From Armatimonadota bacterium (GTDB lineage Bacteria; Armatimonadota; HRBIN16): a stretch of DNA of 64,000 nt. The translations under genes and the position numbers were made by a program. The notes under the pieces were generated by a model, which was given only the letters and a program-made list of their open reading frames with translations, made no database searches and had not been told where the DNA came from. Position 1 is the first letter of the stretch; every line of letters begins with the position of its first letter. The stretch is taken from NCBI GenBank assembly GCA_963677485.1, contig OY781964.1:2080001-2144000 (forward strand), written 5' to 3'. Below are positions 28,905-38,180 of this stretch, piece after piece.

Positions 28905-31286
28905 TTAGGCGGAAGCCTTCTTGCCGTCGCGCTTACTCCACCAGCAGGCGAAGACAAACAGAACGATAGCAACCACCACGATTGTGGTTCGGGTGCCAAC
29001 GGTCATGTCTGCAGACACGACTACTGGAGCCATCAAGATACCGACCAGGTTCATAACCTTGATCAACGGGTTCAATGCGGGACCAGCGGTGTCCTTGAAT
29101 GGGTCACCAACGGTGTCGCAGATGACGGCCGCTTTATGGTTATCGGAACCCTTGCCGCCGTAGTTACCGTCTTCGATCAGTTTCTTGGAGTTATCCCATG
29201 CGCCACCAGAGTTGCTGAGCAGAACAGCCATGAGCTGACCTGTCACGATAGCGCCTACCAGGTAACCACCAAGTGCCTGAGCACCCTTGATTGGATCACC
29301 GTAGCCCATACCGAAGCCCACGATGACGGGCAGGGTGATGGCGATGATGCCAGGGCCAAGCAGCTCTTTCTGAGCAGCGGCGGTCACGATAGCTACGCAG
29401 GCTGCGTAGTCAGGTTTTTCCTTGAAGGTCATGATACCGGGTCTCTCACGGAACTGTCGGCGGACCTCAAGGATCAGCTCGGTCGCAGCGCGGCCAACGG
29501 CCTGTATTGTGAAGGAGCTGAACAGGAAGGGAGCAGCGCCACCGATCAACAGACCGATGAATATCTCAGGGATGTCCACAGACAGTGCGCCTGCTTTGAG
29601 TCCTGCATCAGCCACGAAGGAGTGGAACAGGGCTACAGCGGCGATAACTGCGGTTGCGATGGCGAAGCCCTTGGTCAGTGCCTTGGTGGTGTTACCCACG
29701 GCATCCAACCGGCTTACGATGCGGGCACCGCGGCCATCTTCGCTCTGCTCGGAAGCATCGCTCATCTCGAAAATTCCCTGAGCGTTGTCAGAGATCGGTC
29801 CGAAGGTGTCCATGGCAAGAATGAAACCGGTGGTGCTCAACAGGCCAAGACCTGTCAGCGCGATTCCATAGAAGCTCAACAGACTACTTCCACCATAGAG
29901 CGATGGGGGGAAGATAAACAGAGGCAGCATCAATGCACCGCAGATCGCCAATACGCTCCAGACAGAGCTCTCAAGTCCGACTGCGAAGCCGGAGATGATC
30001 ATGGTGGCAGCACCGGTGGTGCTGGATTCTGCGATATCTTTGACCGGCTTGTGCTCGGTGCTGGTGAAGTATTCGGTCAGTTTGTCAATGACACCAGCCA
30101 GCAGAAGACCAGCGGAGTTGGCTGCGAAGAATCGCCACCAATCGACGTGGACAGCAGTGCCGTTTATGTTGACATAAATGTCTTTCATGTAGAGGTAGCT
30201 AACTACAGCGAAGCCAACAAGCGCAACAGCCCAGCTCAACAGGAATCCCTTATTGATGGGTACCATTGGGTCTTGCTTGTCGTCTTCATTACCGCGAACG
30301 GCAAGGATGCCGATCACTGAGGCAAACACACCAACCACACGCACAAGCAGTGCGTAGATGATCAGCTTCAGAACGCCATTGTTATCAGGGCCGAACAGGC
30401 CGTTACATGCTGCACCAAGGATGATAGCGGCCACGAGGGTCACTTCATAGCTCTCGAATACGTCAGCAGCCATACCAGCGCAGTCGCCTACGTTGTCGCC
30501 TACATTGTCGGCGATGGTGGCTGGGTTGCGGGGGTCGTCCTCAGGGATTCCGGCTTCTACCTTACCCACGAGGTCGGCACCAACGTCAGCAGCCTTGGTG
30601 AAAATGCCTCCACCAACACGCATGAAGAGGGCGGCCAGGCTTCCACCAAATCCGAAGCCCACCAAAACCTTCATAGCATCTTGCTTGAAGATCATGAAGA
30701 TTACGATGGCACCCAGAAGGCCCATGCCCACCGTGAACATACCGGACACGGCACCAGCCTGGAAAGCGGTCTCCAGGGCGCCCTTGAAACTCTTGATAGC
30801 CTGGTTTGCGGTTCGGACGTTGGCCTTGACAGCCATATCCATACCCACCACGCCGGCCAGGTAACTGAACATTACGCCGAAGAAGAATGCGACGCCAACA
30901 CCCACATAGAGCATGGGTTTTTCATCGCCATAGATCGGCTTATACATGAATATCAGGCCAACCGCGATGATGATGACGAAAGGCAGCATCATTTTGATCT
31001 GTTGCTTCAAGTAGGCATAAGCTCCGGCCTTTACGGCGTCGGAAACTTCGACCATAGAAGCACTACCTGCTGGTTTGGCAAGAGTAATTTTGCGAAGCCA
31101 GACGCCGAAAACGAGACACAGTATTGCGGCAGCTAAAACGCACCACAGCAGATTCCATTCTGTGGGTCCAAATTCCGGAAGTTTAATGTCACCCTCGCCA
31201 GCATGGGCTGCACTGGCTATAGCAGCCAGACCCATCACCGGCAGCAGGCGCATTGCTGTCCGTATTCGGTTGTAATACGCATTCAT
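28905..31286 (-). CDS. hppA: Membrane-bound cation-translocating pyrophosphatase (K+-independent H+-PPase signature)
   Basis: DVGADLVGKVE, EDDPRN, IADNVGDNVGD, GNTTKA, GGAWDN and DTVGDPFKD motifs. Confidence 0.95.
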   Translation of the reverse strand: MNAYYNRIRTAMRLLPVMGLAAIASAAHAGEGDIKLPEFGPTEWNLLWCVLAAAILCLVFGVWLRKITLAKPAGSASMVEVSDAVKAGAYAYLKQQIKMMLPFVIIIAVGLIFMYKPIYGDEKPMLYVGVGVAFFFGVMFSYLAGVVGMDMAVKANVRTANQAIKSFKGALETAFQAGAVSGMFTVGMGLLGAIVIFMIFKQDAMKVLVGFGFGGSLAALFMRVGGGIFTKAADVGADLVGKVEAGIPEDDPRNPATIADNVGDNVGDCAGMAADVFESYEVTLVAAIILGAACNGLFGPDNNGVLKLIIYALLVRVVGVFASVIGILAVRGNEDDKQDPMVPINKGFLLSWAVALVGFAVVSYLYMKDIYVNINGTAVHVDWWRFFAANSAGLLLAGVIDKLTEYFTSTEHKPVKDIAESSTTGAATMIISGFAVGLESSVWSVLAICGALMLPLFIFPPSLYGGSSLLSFYGIALTGLGLLSTTGFILAMDTFGPISDNAQGIFEMSDASEQSEDGRGARIVSRLDAVGNTTKALTKGFAIATAVIAAVALFHSFVADAGLKAGALSVDIPEIFIGLLIGGAAPFLFSSFTIQAVGRAATELILEVRRQFRERPGIMTFKEKPDYAACVAIVTAAAQKELLGPGIIAITLPVIVGFGMGYGDPIKGAQALGGYLVGAIVTGQLMAVLLSNSGGAWDNSKKLIEDGNYGGKGSDNHKAAVICDTVGDPFKDTAGPALNPLIKVMNLVGILMAPVVVSADMTVGTRTTIVVVAIVLFVFACWWSKRDGKKASA

Positions 31287-31406
31287 AATGCGGTAAGTCC
31301 TCCTCGAACTAAGAAAAGCGAATTTGGATTTTCTGTAGCGTAGAACCAGACTGGGCTGTTGACCTCACCATTGCGGTGCCGCCCCTCTTGGTTTGAAAAA
31401 CTTGTG

Positions 31407-31436
31407 ATTCTACCTGTTTATGTTGATTATACGCAA
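31407..31436 (-). promoter_or_regulatory. Candidate sigma70 promoter for hppA
   Basis: TTGCGT-N18-TAGAAT on the minus strand, about 120 nt upstream of the start codon. Confidence 0.4.
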
Positions 31437-31642
31437 CCTTCGCCATAAATCTCAAACTTCAGCACGAACCCACCCTGTATTTTATACTTAATTTCAACCA
31501 TTTGGTAGGTGCATACTAATAGGTATATTATTACGGATAAAGGCGTACCGATTGGCTGGACTGGCGAATTTGAAATTGTGACATGTAGGATGAGTAGGAC
31601 GAGTAGGACAGCACGCCATCTGGTAAAATCCCGGCTGCCAGC

Positions 31643-32221
31643 CTATCCCTTGCCGGGCTGGCAATGGTGGCACACCGTTTCGGGGCCCATGTGGTAGCAA
31701 CTGCAGATGGGGCACTTCAGCCAGCCAGCCTTCTTGCGCTGTAACTGGATTTTGGCCAGCATCTCCAGCCGCTCAATCATAAACGCCCGCTTTTCCATGT
31801 CTGGTTCCGATTCGGTCTGGTGCTCTATTTTCAAGCGGGTGCGGTCATCCAGCTCCACAAACTTCAACTTCGCCAGCTCTTTGGGCAGCTCAGGGTCAGC
31901 CTGCAGTTTTTGCTTGGGCCGACGGCTGCGCTGCTTTAGGATGATCTCTGCGAATATCGGCTCGGTGGCCCCCTCATTCAGCTTCTCCAGCAGCATCTCT
32001 TTTTGAAAGCTCAGCTCCTGAAGCCATACACTGCTGGTGGTGGCGACCGTCAGGCGGCCGTCACGGAATAGCTCCGGCCAACTGTTCTGAGCAATCACCT
32101 CACCGAACATCTCATTCCATCGGCGCAGAATGGTATTGGCCTTTAATGAGTGGTGAAATCCCAGCGGGTCGGATTCACTGTCCAGCAGATCGCGGAACTG
32201 CTTCATGTTCTCGCGTTTCAT
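31643..32221 (-). CDS. dciA: DUF721/DciA family protein with C-terminal Zn-ribbon
   Basis: WNEMFGEVIAQNS...GRLTVATTSSVWLQELSFQKEMLLEKLN. CPIC...CHHC tail. ATGA overlap with recF. Confidence 0.8.
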   Translation of the reverse strand: MKRENMKQFRDLLDSESDPLGFHHSLKANTILRRWNEMFGEVIAQNSWPELFRDGRLTVATTSSVWLQELSFQKEMLLEKLNEGATEPIFAEIILKQRSRRPKQKLQADPELPKELAKLKFVELDDRTRLKIEHQTESEPDMEKRAFMIERLEMLAKIQLQRKKAGWLKCPICSCYHMGPETVCHHCQPGKG

Positions 32222-33348
32222 GTGATCTGACCTGCCTGAACGTGGAAAATGGTGGCTTGCTCCAGCAGTTCCGCTGGCAAAGAGCTCACTTCGGTGCAGG
32301 TGATGATGCTCTGGGCACCCAGCAGATTCATTTTGAGCAGACGAGCACGCCGCCCCTCGTCCAGGTCACTTAACACGTCATCCAGCAATAGCACCGGTGC
32401 TTCACCCTTTAGTTTGGTCACCAACTGGTACTCGGCACGCTTTAAAGCAAGGGTGGCGGTTCTCTGCTGACCCTGACTGCCGTAATGACGGGCGTCCATG
32501 CCATTAACCGAGATGAGCAGATCATCGCGGTGCGGCCCCACGCAGGTGGTTCCCCTGCGAAGCTCATCGCCCGCCGTGGACAGTAACCCCTCATCGAAGC
32601 TCTGCTTGATCTGCTCCAGCATAACGCCAGATGTGAACGGGCAGACATATTCCAGCTTCAAATACTCCGTGCTGTCAGAAAGCAGGCAATGTGCTTCCGC
32701 CGCATATGGCAGGAGCTGGTTTATGAAATGCAAGCGCGAATGGATGATCTCAGCACCATAGCTGGTGAGCTGCTGGGACAGCACCTCGAAACTCGCCTGA
32801 TCCATTGGGTCGATCTGCCCGCTTCGTTCTTTCGCGGTTTTCAGTATTTTGTTGCGCTGGTCCAGCACCTTTCGGTACCGGCTGAGGTTGTTGGCGTAGC
32901 GGCTGCTGATCATGCCGATGGAGGAATCGAGATACTGCCTCCGCCCGGATGGTTCCCCCCGCACAGTCTCCAGATCCAGGCTGCTGAACACCACCACGTT
33001 GAGTTTTCCCAGTAAAGATACTAGCTCCACGAATTTGCTGTCAATCACTGCCTGCTTGTGTGCTGGCTTTCCGGCTTCAAGCTGGTAGTTGATCCGAATC
33101 TCCACCGGCACGGTATTCACCCTGTGAACCAGCGCTTCAACGCTCATGAATGGCGCGCCGCTTTTCAGTAGTTCGAGATCGCGGCTTGTTCTGAGTGCTC
33201 GGCCAGTCGCCAGATAGTATATAGATTCCAGCAGGTTGGTTTTGCCCTGAGCATTGGCACCCGTCAGGATGTTCAGACCTTCACTGGGTGTGAAAGCCAG
33301 TTTTTCGTAGTTCCGGAAGTTGGTGAGTGTAATATGTTTTATCTGCAT
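32218..33348 (-). CDS. recF: DNA replication/repair protein RecF
   Basis: LTNFRNY, GANAQGKTNLLE, GPHRDD, GSQGQQR and VLLLDDVLSDLD motifs. Start set at MQIKHITL. Confidence 0.97.
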   Translation of the reverse strand: MQIKHITLTNFRNYEKLAFTPSEGLNILTGANAQGKTNLLESIYYLATGRALRTSRDLELLKSGAPFMSVEALVHRVNTVPVEIRINYQLEAGKPAHKQAVIDSKFVELVSLLGKLNVVVFSSLDLETVRGEPSGRRQYLDSSIGMISSRYANNLSRYRKVLDQRNKILKTAKERSGQIDPMDQASFEVLSQQLTSYGAEIIHSRLHFINQLLPYAAEAHCLLSDSTEYLKLEYVCPFTSGVMLEQIKQSFDEGLLSTAGDELRRGTTCVGPHRDDLLISVNGMDARHYGSQGQQRTATLALKRAEYQLVTKLKGEAPVLLLDDVLSDLDEGRRARLLKMNLLGAQSIITCTEVSSLPAELLEQATIFHVQAGQIT

Positions 33349-33636
33349 ATGAGTTGGCAGGGTTGTCATTGCCCCTTGATTATTATATGCCACTGGCTCG
33401 TTATATCGAGGAAGGTCTGTCATTATGCTGACAATGGCTACACCTTCACCCACGGGTACCGCCGCGATGCCTGCTGCCGAAAATGTCATTGCGGCAAGAT
33501 GTGAATACGGCTGAGAAGTTTCTACCAATACATCATATATGAAGGATAAGCAGGCAGACGAATCGAACTCTACAGTGAGCCTGACACGCCGGATGCATGA
33601 ATATCAATGCACAAAATACTCCCAACCAGGCAGGAT

Positions 33637-35712
33637 ATGACTATGAATGTCCGAGTAGTGAAAAAGCGCGGTACACCGGTCTTACTCATCGATGGCAAAC
33701 CCACCGCACCCTGCATGTTCTTCATCAACACCGAGATGCCCACCTGGGCCTCGCGTCTGCCTGAAAATCTGGATGATCTGCGTCAGATGGCCGCTCGGGG
33801 GATTGACCTCATCAGCATCGTCATCCATATGGAATGGCTGAAACCGGGAGTGACGGCACTGGAATCATGGGTGGAGGATGACCTGCTGCGCCAGATCATC
33901 GAGGTTCACCCCAAATGCAAGCTGCTGTTGAGGGTTCTGATGACAGCACCGCCAGATTGGTGGTTGACCGAACACCAGCAGGAGTATGCGGTTACCCAGA
34001 AGGGCGTGCGTCTGCTGCCCTCCATGTTTTCGGAGGTGTGGCGTCGCGATGCCTCACGCTCGCTGGAGGCGTTGGTGCGCCATATCGAGAGTAAGTTCAA
34101 CGCCAATGTGCTGGGCTACCACCCCTCTGGACTGAATACGGGCGAATGGTTCTGTGAGGGCACATGGGACGGGGTGCTGACGGGCTTCGAGCCAGGTGCT
34201 CAGGCTGTATTTCAGGAGTGGCTGCGCAAGAAGTATCGAAATGACGCTGGCTTGCGCCGGGCTTCGGGTGACAGCTCGCTCAGCATCGACAGCGTGCAGG
34301 TACCCACCGAGCCGCAACGGCTCAGCGGCGTGACTGTTGATTTCCGCGACCCGAAGCGTGATTTCATCGCCTGTGCGTATGCTGAGTGCGAAAATGAGTA
34401 TGTAGCCAAAGCTGCCATCAGCATGTGTGAGGCCGTCAAACGCGCGGCACCGAACAAGCTGACGGTCATCTTCTACGGTTATGTCTACGAACTCTGTGCG
34501 GCTGTGCGCGGCTACCAAAGCTGCGGTCATGCCGCCATGGATCTGGTGCTTCGCAGTAAAGCGGTCGATGCCGTGGCTTCGCCCTACAGCTATGTGCTGC
34601 GGAACGCTGGTGGTCTGGGTGCTTACATGGTGTCAGTGGACTCTATACTGGCCGCGGGGAAGCTTTATTTCACGGAAGATGACACACGAACGCACCACCT
34701 GCTCAACACCCCATTTGCCGCGGAAGCAGAGAAGAGCCAGCGGGAGACTAATGGGGTGATCCTGCGCAATTTCGCGCATGTGCTGACGCACGGACATGCC
34801 ATCTGGTGGATGGACCTGATGACCGAAGGCGCCTACCGCGGCCGTGAGACCCAGGATCTCATGAAGAAGTGTCAGGATGCCTACCAGGCTGTGCTCACTA
34901 AGCTGGAGTTGTATCAGCCCGAGATCGCCTCCATCACCGACGATAATAGTGAGTTCGCGATCACGGCCAATGGGGAATTAGCCAGATGCTCGATGGGCAA
35001 CATCCGGCTGGGGTTATACCGTGTCGGAGCCCCGTTGGGTTACTACCGGCTGGCCGACCTGCAGGAAGGACGCCTGCCAGCAGTCAAGCTGTTGGTCATG
35101 CACAACCTGCACGAGCTCCACAAGACCCAGCGCCGGAAGATCGACGAATATATCCAGCGGACGGGATGCAGCGTGGTCTGGATCGGTACTCCTGGCATCA
35201 TCAGCGAGCGGGGATATGATCCGAATTACACCCAGGCGGTCACAGGAATGAGCAGCCGTGAGATACAGCCCGGAGCCAGTATCATCGTCACACCGGACGG
35301 AAAAGAGACCGAGGTCGCCGGCCGACGCATATACCCCTCGCTGGCCATCAACCAACCGGGCGCAGAGGTGTTGGGCACGCACAAAGACACCGGCCTGCCC
35401 TGCCTGGCTTTGAGGCTCAAACCTGATGGCAGTTTCGTGGCCTGGAGCACGTTGACCAACATCCCGCTGGCTCAATTGAAAATACTCATCAAGCTGGCCA
35501 ATGTGCATCAAGTGGTGGACAGCGACGACGGTGTGATGGCAGGCAACAACTATGTGGCTGTCCATGCCTGGACCGCTGGTGAGAAGCTTCTATCGCTTCC
35601 CGGTCCACGGCGGTGGGTGAATGCGGTCACCGGCCAGGATTACGGCCAGATCTCGCGATTACGAGTACCGATGCAGAAGGGTGACACCATCCTGCTGCGC
35701 CAAACCGAATAA
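33637..35712 (+). CDS. GH42-like hydrolase, tandem paralogue 1
   Basis: GYHPSGLNTGEWFC, WLRKKY, SPYSY, EDDTRT and WWMDL motifs. Start uncertain (33607/33637/33643). Confidence 0.75.
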   Translation: MTMNVRVVKKRGTPVLLIDGKPTAPCMFFINTEMPTWASRLPENLDDLRQMAARGIDLISIVIHMEWLKPGVTALESWVEDDLLRQIIEVHPKCKLLLRVLMTAPPDWWLTEHQQEYAVTQKGVRLLPSMFSEVWRRDASRSLEALVRHIESKFNANVLGYHPSGLNTGEWFCEGTWDGVLTGFEPGAQAVFQEWLRKKYRNDAGLRRASGDSSLSIDSVQVPTEPQRLSGVTVDFRDPKRDFIACAYAECENEYVAKAAISMCEAVKRAAPNKLTVIFYGYVYELCAAVRGYQSCGHAAMDLVLRSKAVDAVASPYSYVLRNAGGLGAYMVSVDSILAAGKLYFTEDDTRTHHLLNTPFAAEAEKSQRETNGVILRNFAHVLTHGHAIWWMDLMTEGAYRGRETQDLMKKCQDAYQAVLTKLELYQPEIASITDDNSEFAITANGELARCSMGNIRLGLYRVGAPLGYYRLADLQEGRLPAVKLLVMHNLHELHKTQRRKIDEYIQRTGCSVVWIGTPGIISERGYDPNYTQAVTGMSSREIQPGASIIVTPDGKETEVAGRRIYPSLAINQPGAEVLGTHKDTGLPCLALRLKPDGSFVAWSTLTNIPLAQLKILIKLANVHQVVDSDDGVMAGNNYVAVHAWTAGEKLLSLPGPRRWVNAVTGQDYGQISRLRVPMQKGDTILLRQTE

Positions 35713-35737
35713 CAGCCCTACAGGCAGGTCGTACCTA

Positions 35738-37807
35738 ATGTATGTTCGTGTAGCCAAACGACGCGGCACACCCGTGCTGCTGATCGATAACAAACCGATA
35801 CCGCCCTGTATGTTCTTCATCAACACGGAGGCGCCCAACTGGGCACCGCGGCTGGCGGAGAACCTGGACGACATCCGGCAGATGGGCCTGCGGGGCATCG
35901 ACCTCATCAGCATCATGATCCATATGGAATGGCTGAAAGAGGGTGAGACCGAGCTGAAGTCCTGGACGGAAGATGAGCTGCTGAAGCAGATCATCGCCGT
36001 CCATCCGCGCTGCAAGCTCCTGCTCAGGGTATTTATCACCTGGCCGCCGCAGTGGTGGAAGGAGCAGAACCCGGATGAGTATTCGGTCACGCAGACGGGT
36101 AAGTCGGACATCATCTCGGTCTACTCTGAGAAGTGGCGCAGCGACACCGCCCGCTCTCTTGAGGCGATGGTGCGGCACATCGAACGCAAATTCGGCAGCA
36201 ACGTGCTGGGTTACCAGCCATCTGGACTGAACACCGGCGAGTGGTTCTGCGATGGCACCGGAGCCGGTACGCTGATGGGCTTTGAGCCGATTGCCGGAGT
36301 GGCATTTCGTGGGTGGTTGCGGAAGAAATACCGCAATGACGAAGGTCTGCAAAAAGCCGCTGGTCACAGCGACATCAGCCTGAGCAGCGTCACGGTGCCC
36401 ACCGTTGAGCAGCGCATGAGGGGTATCACGCAGGACTTCCGCGACCCAAAACGCGACTTTGTGGCCATACAGTATGCGATGTGCGAGAACGAGTTTGTGG
36501 CTAAAGCCGCTATCAGCATGTGCGAGGCGGCCAAGAGGGCGGCGCCCAACAAGCTGACGGTGATATTCTACGGCTATATCTATGAGCTGGCCTGGTGCCC
36601 TCGCGGATTCCAGAGCAGCGGCCATGCGGCCATCGATCTCGTGCTGCGCAGTAAAGCGGTGGATGCACTCGCCTCACCCTATAGTTATATGGAGCGCAGC
36701 GCGGGAGGCATCGGTGGCTATATGGTGCCTGTGGACTCCATACTGGCCGCCGGGAAGCTCTATTTTACAGAGGATGACACCCGCACGCACCATCTGCTCT
36801 CCACCGCATTTGCGGCGGAGTCAGAGAAGAGCCAGCGGGAGACCAACGGCGTGCTGCTGCGCAACTTCGCGCATGTGCTGACGCACGGGCACGCCATCTG
36901 GTGGATGGACCTGATGACCGAAGGGGCCTATCGTGGGCGTGAGACACAGGACCTCATGAAGAAGTGTAAAGACGCGTATCAGGCGGTGCTGCCCCAACTG
37001 GAGCCGTATCACGCCGAAATCGCCTCCATCACGGACGAAAACAGCGAGTTCGCCATTACCGCAAATGGGGAGTTGGGCAGGAGCTCGATGGTGTTCATCC
37101 GATTGGGGCTATATCGAATGGGAGCTCCTCTGGGATACTACCGGCTGGCCGATCTGCTGGAGGGGCGGCTGCCCAAGCTGAAGCTGCTGATCATGCACAA
37201 CCTGCACGCACTCAACGCCGACCAGCGTGGGAAGATCGCAGCCTATATCAGGCGCACAGGCTGCAGCGTGATCTGGCTGGGTGCCCCGGGCATCATCAGC
37301 GAACGGGGATATAATCCCAAAAACACGCTGGCGGTCACCGGAATGCGGAGCCGCGAAACCGAGCAGGGGGCAGGCGTGATGGTGACGCCCGGCGGCACTG
37401 AAGTCGCGATCGCTGACCGCCGGATGGCCCCCGCACTGGCGATTAACCAGCCCGGCGTCGAGGTGCTGGGTCGGCTTAAAGACACCAGCCTTCCCTGCCT
37501 TGCCGGAAAAACAAACCCAAACGGAAGCTTCACCGCCTGGAGCACCTTGAACGCAGTGCCGTTGGCGCAGCTTCAACTGCTGGCCACACGGGCGGGGGTT
37601 CACCGGGTGGTGGAGAGCGATGATGTGGTGATCGCCGGCAACGGCTACCTGGCCGTCCATGCCTGTTCCGATGGCGAGAAGCGGCTGGAACTGCCCAGTC
37701 CTGGCCCTTGGCGCGATGCCATATCGGGTAAAGAGTATGGCGAGGTATCGCAGATATGTCTCACGATGCAGAAGGGCGACACCATCTTGCTGCGGTCTGG
37801 TGGATGA
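35738..37807 (+). CDS. GH42-like hydrolase, tandem paralogue 2
   Basis: Colinear with paralogue 1 from MYVRVAKRRGTPVLLID to MQKGDTILLR. Confidence 0.75.
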   Translation: MYVRVAKRRGTPVLLIDNKPIPPCMFFINTEAPNWAPRLAENLDDIRQMGLRGIDLISIMIHMEWLKEGETELKSWTEDELLKQIIAVHPRCKLLLRVFITWPPQWWKEQNPDEYSVTQTGKSDIISVYSEKWRSDTARSLEAMVRHIERKFGSNVLGYQPSGLNTGEWFCDGTGAGTLMGFEPIAGVAFRGWLRKKYRNDEGLQKAAGHSDISLSSVTVPTVEQRMRGITQDFRDPKRDFVAIQYAMCENEFVAKAAISMCEAAKRAAPNKLTVIFYGYIYELAWCPRGFQSSGHAAIDLVLRSKAVDALASPYSYMERSAGGIGGYMVPVDSILAAGKLYFTEDDTRTHHLLSTAFAAESEKSQRETNGVLLRNFAHVLTHGHAIWWMDLMTEGAYRGRETQDLMKKCKDAYQAVLPQLEPYHAEIASITDENSEFAITANGELGRSSMVFIRLGLYRMGAPLGYYRLADLLEGRLPKLKLLIMHNLHALNADQRGKIAAYIRRTGCSVIWLGAPGIISERGYNPKNTLAVTGMRSRETEQGAGVMVTPGGTEVAIADRRMAPALAINQPGVEVLGRLKDTSLPCLAGKTNPNGSFTAWSTLNAVPLAQLQLLATRAGVHRVVESDDVVIAGNGYLAVHACSDGEKRLELPSPGPWRDAISGKEYGEVSQICLTMQKGDTILLRSGG

Positions 37808-38099
37808 TCTCACGCGGAGACGCGGAGAGCACGGAGGGGAATCATTTCACGCGAAGACGCGAAGACGCGAAGGGTTGTACGGTAGTGGTCCGGGAACCTT
37901 AACCACGAATAGACACGAATGGACACTAATACCGGAAGAGCAGCGCAAAGACACTAAGACGAATGGGAAATCGCTGGGAACGCCAATCTCCTGATTGGCC
38001 TCCCCCTCCCATCCGAATCCATCCGTGTAATCCGTGGTTCAGACAACGCAGCGCGCCGGTCTGGCGGAGTGCCTTTCGCGCCTTCGCGTCTTCGCGTGA
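37808..38099. repeat. Nested composite repeat spacer (modules E, D, C, B)
   Basis: TCACGCGAAGACGCGAAG at 37847 is inverted to 38072-38099. AACCACGAAT array at 37901 is inverted to 38011-38039. Central hairpin GCCAATCTCCTGATTGGC. Confidence 0.8.
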
Positions 38100-38180
38100 C
38101 ATCTTTTCGGCAATATGCATGACTTTCCGCATCCGATGGCGAATATATACTTAATACTACTTGCCAAGCGAGGTCAGTCC

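Noticed and set aside
31370-31390. T-box-like AAGAGGGGCGGCACCGC upstream of hppA
   Set aside because: Lacks the essential UGGN (has CGG), has no room for stem I and no terminator, and the downstream gene is not amino-acid related.
31440-31640. AT-rich stretch near recF/dciA as oriC
   Set aside because: No TTATCCACA-type DnaA boxes seen and no dnaA. It is more simply the hppA promoter region.
33637-37807. Recent gene conversion or assembly duplication between the tandem paralogues
   Set aside because: Even the identical peptide blocks carry many synonymous differences.
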